A DNA stretch of 64,000 nt from Mytilus californianus (lineage: Eukaryota): assembly GCF_021869535.1 (NCBI RefSeq), contig NW_026262668.1, forward strand, positions 31,124,001 through 31,188,000. The letters are read 5' to 3'. The notes beneath the pieces are model-generated. The model saw only the letters and a program-made list of their open reading frames with translations. It did no database searches and had not been told where the DNA came from. This document shows, in pieces, positions 62,490-64,000 of the stretch (positions within the stretch are counted from its first letter, which is position 1; the number at the start of each line of letters is the position of its first letter). A program made the translations under genes and the position numbers.

Positions 62490-64000
62490 GTGGACACAGA
62501 TGATGCCCCCGCTTGCATATCATATAGTTATAAAGGGACATAACTGAAGAACGATAAAAGTGACGCTACCCAAATTTGAACTTGATCTGAGTTTTGTGGT
62601 AATAAGCATTGTGTGTAAGTCTCATAACATTTGGTTGAGGCTAACTTAAGTAGAGAACAGAAACTAAAAATTCAGCAATTTTTCTATTTGTAAACACGCA
62701 TAGAACGGTTGTGTATAAGTTTTATAACATTTGGTTGAGACAAACTAAAGTTAGAGAAATGAAACGAAAAATTCAGAAATTTTTATGTTTTAAAGGGACA
62801 TAACTCAAGAATGGTAAAAGTGTTGCCACCAAATTTCGTACTTTCTGTATTATGTAGTAATAAGCATTGTGTATAAGTTTCATAATATTTGGTGGAGGCA
62901 AACTAAAGTTAGAAATCGGAAACAAAAAATGTGTACTTGATCTTAGTTTTGTGGTAATGAATATTGTGTATAGGTTTCATAATGTTTGGTTGAGGAAAAC
63001 TTAAGTTACAGAATGGAAACTAAAAATTAAGCAATCTTTCGATTTATAAAGGGGCATAACTCAATAATGGTTAAAGTGACACTACCTAAATTCAACTTGA
63101 TCTGTGTTTTATCAGTGGAAGTTAAAATTAAACATTGCATTGTATAAAGCATTGATTGTAGTGGATTCAACTGTCATCATGGACAAAGGAAGATAACTCC
63201 AATTTTAAAAATTACTTGATATTTAGAAGAAAATAAAAATTTAGCAATTTTTCCATTTATAAAGGGGCATAACTCTAGAACGGTAAAGGAGACGCCACCA
63301 AAATTAAAACTTGATCTGTGTTTTGTAGTAATAAGCATTATGTATAAGTTTCATAACATTTGGTTGAGGCAAACTAAAGTTAGAACACGGAAACGATAAA
63401 TTCAGCAATTTTCCATTTGTAAAGGGCATAACTCTAGAACAGTGAAAGTGACGCCACCAAAATTCAAACTTGATCTGTGTTTTGTGGTAATAAGCATTGT
63501 GTATAAGTTTCATAACATTTGGTTGAGTCAAACTTAAGTTAGAGAACAGAAACGAAAAATTCAGCAATTTTTCCATTTGTAAAGGGGCATAACTCTAGAA
63601 CGGTAAAAGTGACGCCACCAAAATTCAAATTTGATCTGTTTTTTTTTGTGGTAATAAGCATTGTGTATCAGTTTCATAACATTTGGTTGAGGCAAACTAA
63701 AGTTAGAGAACAGAAACTAAAAATTCAGCAATTTTTCCATTTGTAAAGGGGCATAACTCTAGAACGGTAAAAGTGACGCCACCAAATATCAAACTTGATC
63801 TGTTTTTTTGTGGTAATATTACTAATAAACATTGTGTATAAGTTTCATAACATTTGGTTGAGGCAAACTAAAGTTAGAGAACGGAAACGATAAATTCAGC
63901 AATTTTCCATTTGTAAAGGAACATAACTCTAGAACGGTAAAAGTGACGCCACCAAAATTCAAACTTGATCTGTGTTTTGTGGTAATAAGCATTGTGTATA
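62490..64000 (+). repeat. ~160-bp tandem (satellite-like) array beginning in a HINE-like head, running off the window end
   Basis: About 9 units of AAGGGCATAACTCTAGAACGGTAAAAGTGACGCCACCAAAATTCAAACTTGATCTG...CAGCAATTTTTCCATTTGT; units become more homogeneous after ~63260. Confidence 0.9.

Noticed and set aside
62490-64000. CRISPR-like array, or the coding ORF 63304-63576
   Set aside because: Units are contiguous ~160-bp repeats without unique spacers, in a eukaryotic context; the ORF is a by-product of the repeat.

Overview
AT-rich animal genomic DNA; the repeat families and gene type suggest a bivalve mollusc, probably Mytilus-like (inference). There is one host gene, a 4-exon + strand gene (15109-33032, about 1762 aa when spliced). 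It encodes a DZIP3-type HEPN domain with an intact RxxxxH motif, a STAND-type P-loop NTPase, a long ankyrin array and a K-Ras-like polybasic CaaX tail (GRKKKTCIIM*). The second main feature is a back-to-back inverted pair (44591-55043) of a young Penelope-like retroelement of about 5.15 kb. It has a coiled-coil ORF, an RT with no endonuclease and a type III hammerhead ribozyme, and the two copies are different circular permutations of one unit. The rest is decayed, nested mobile DNA: Naiad-type Penelope relics, a Gypsy element split by a Tx1/L1 LINE, a Tc1 element, an RTE-X/CR1-group LINE, a Spy-like MITE without TSD, minimal hammerhead copies, palindromic elements, Helentron-like HINEs and a ~160-bp satellite array. 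Coordinates of decayed elements are approximate.
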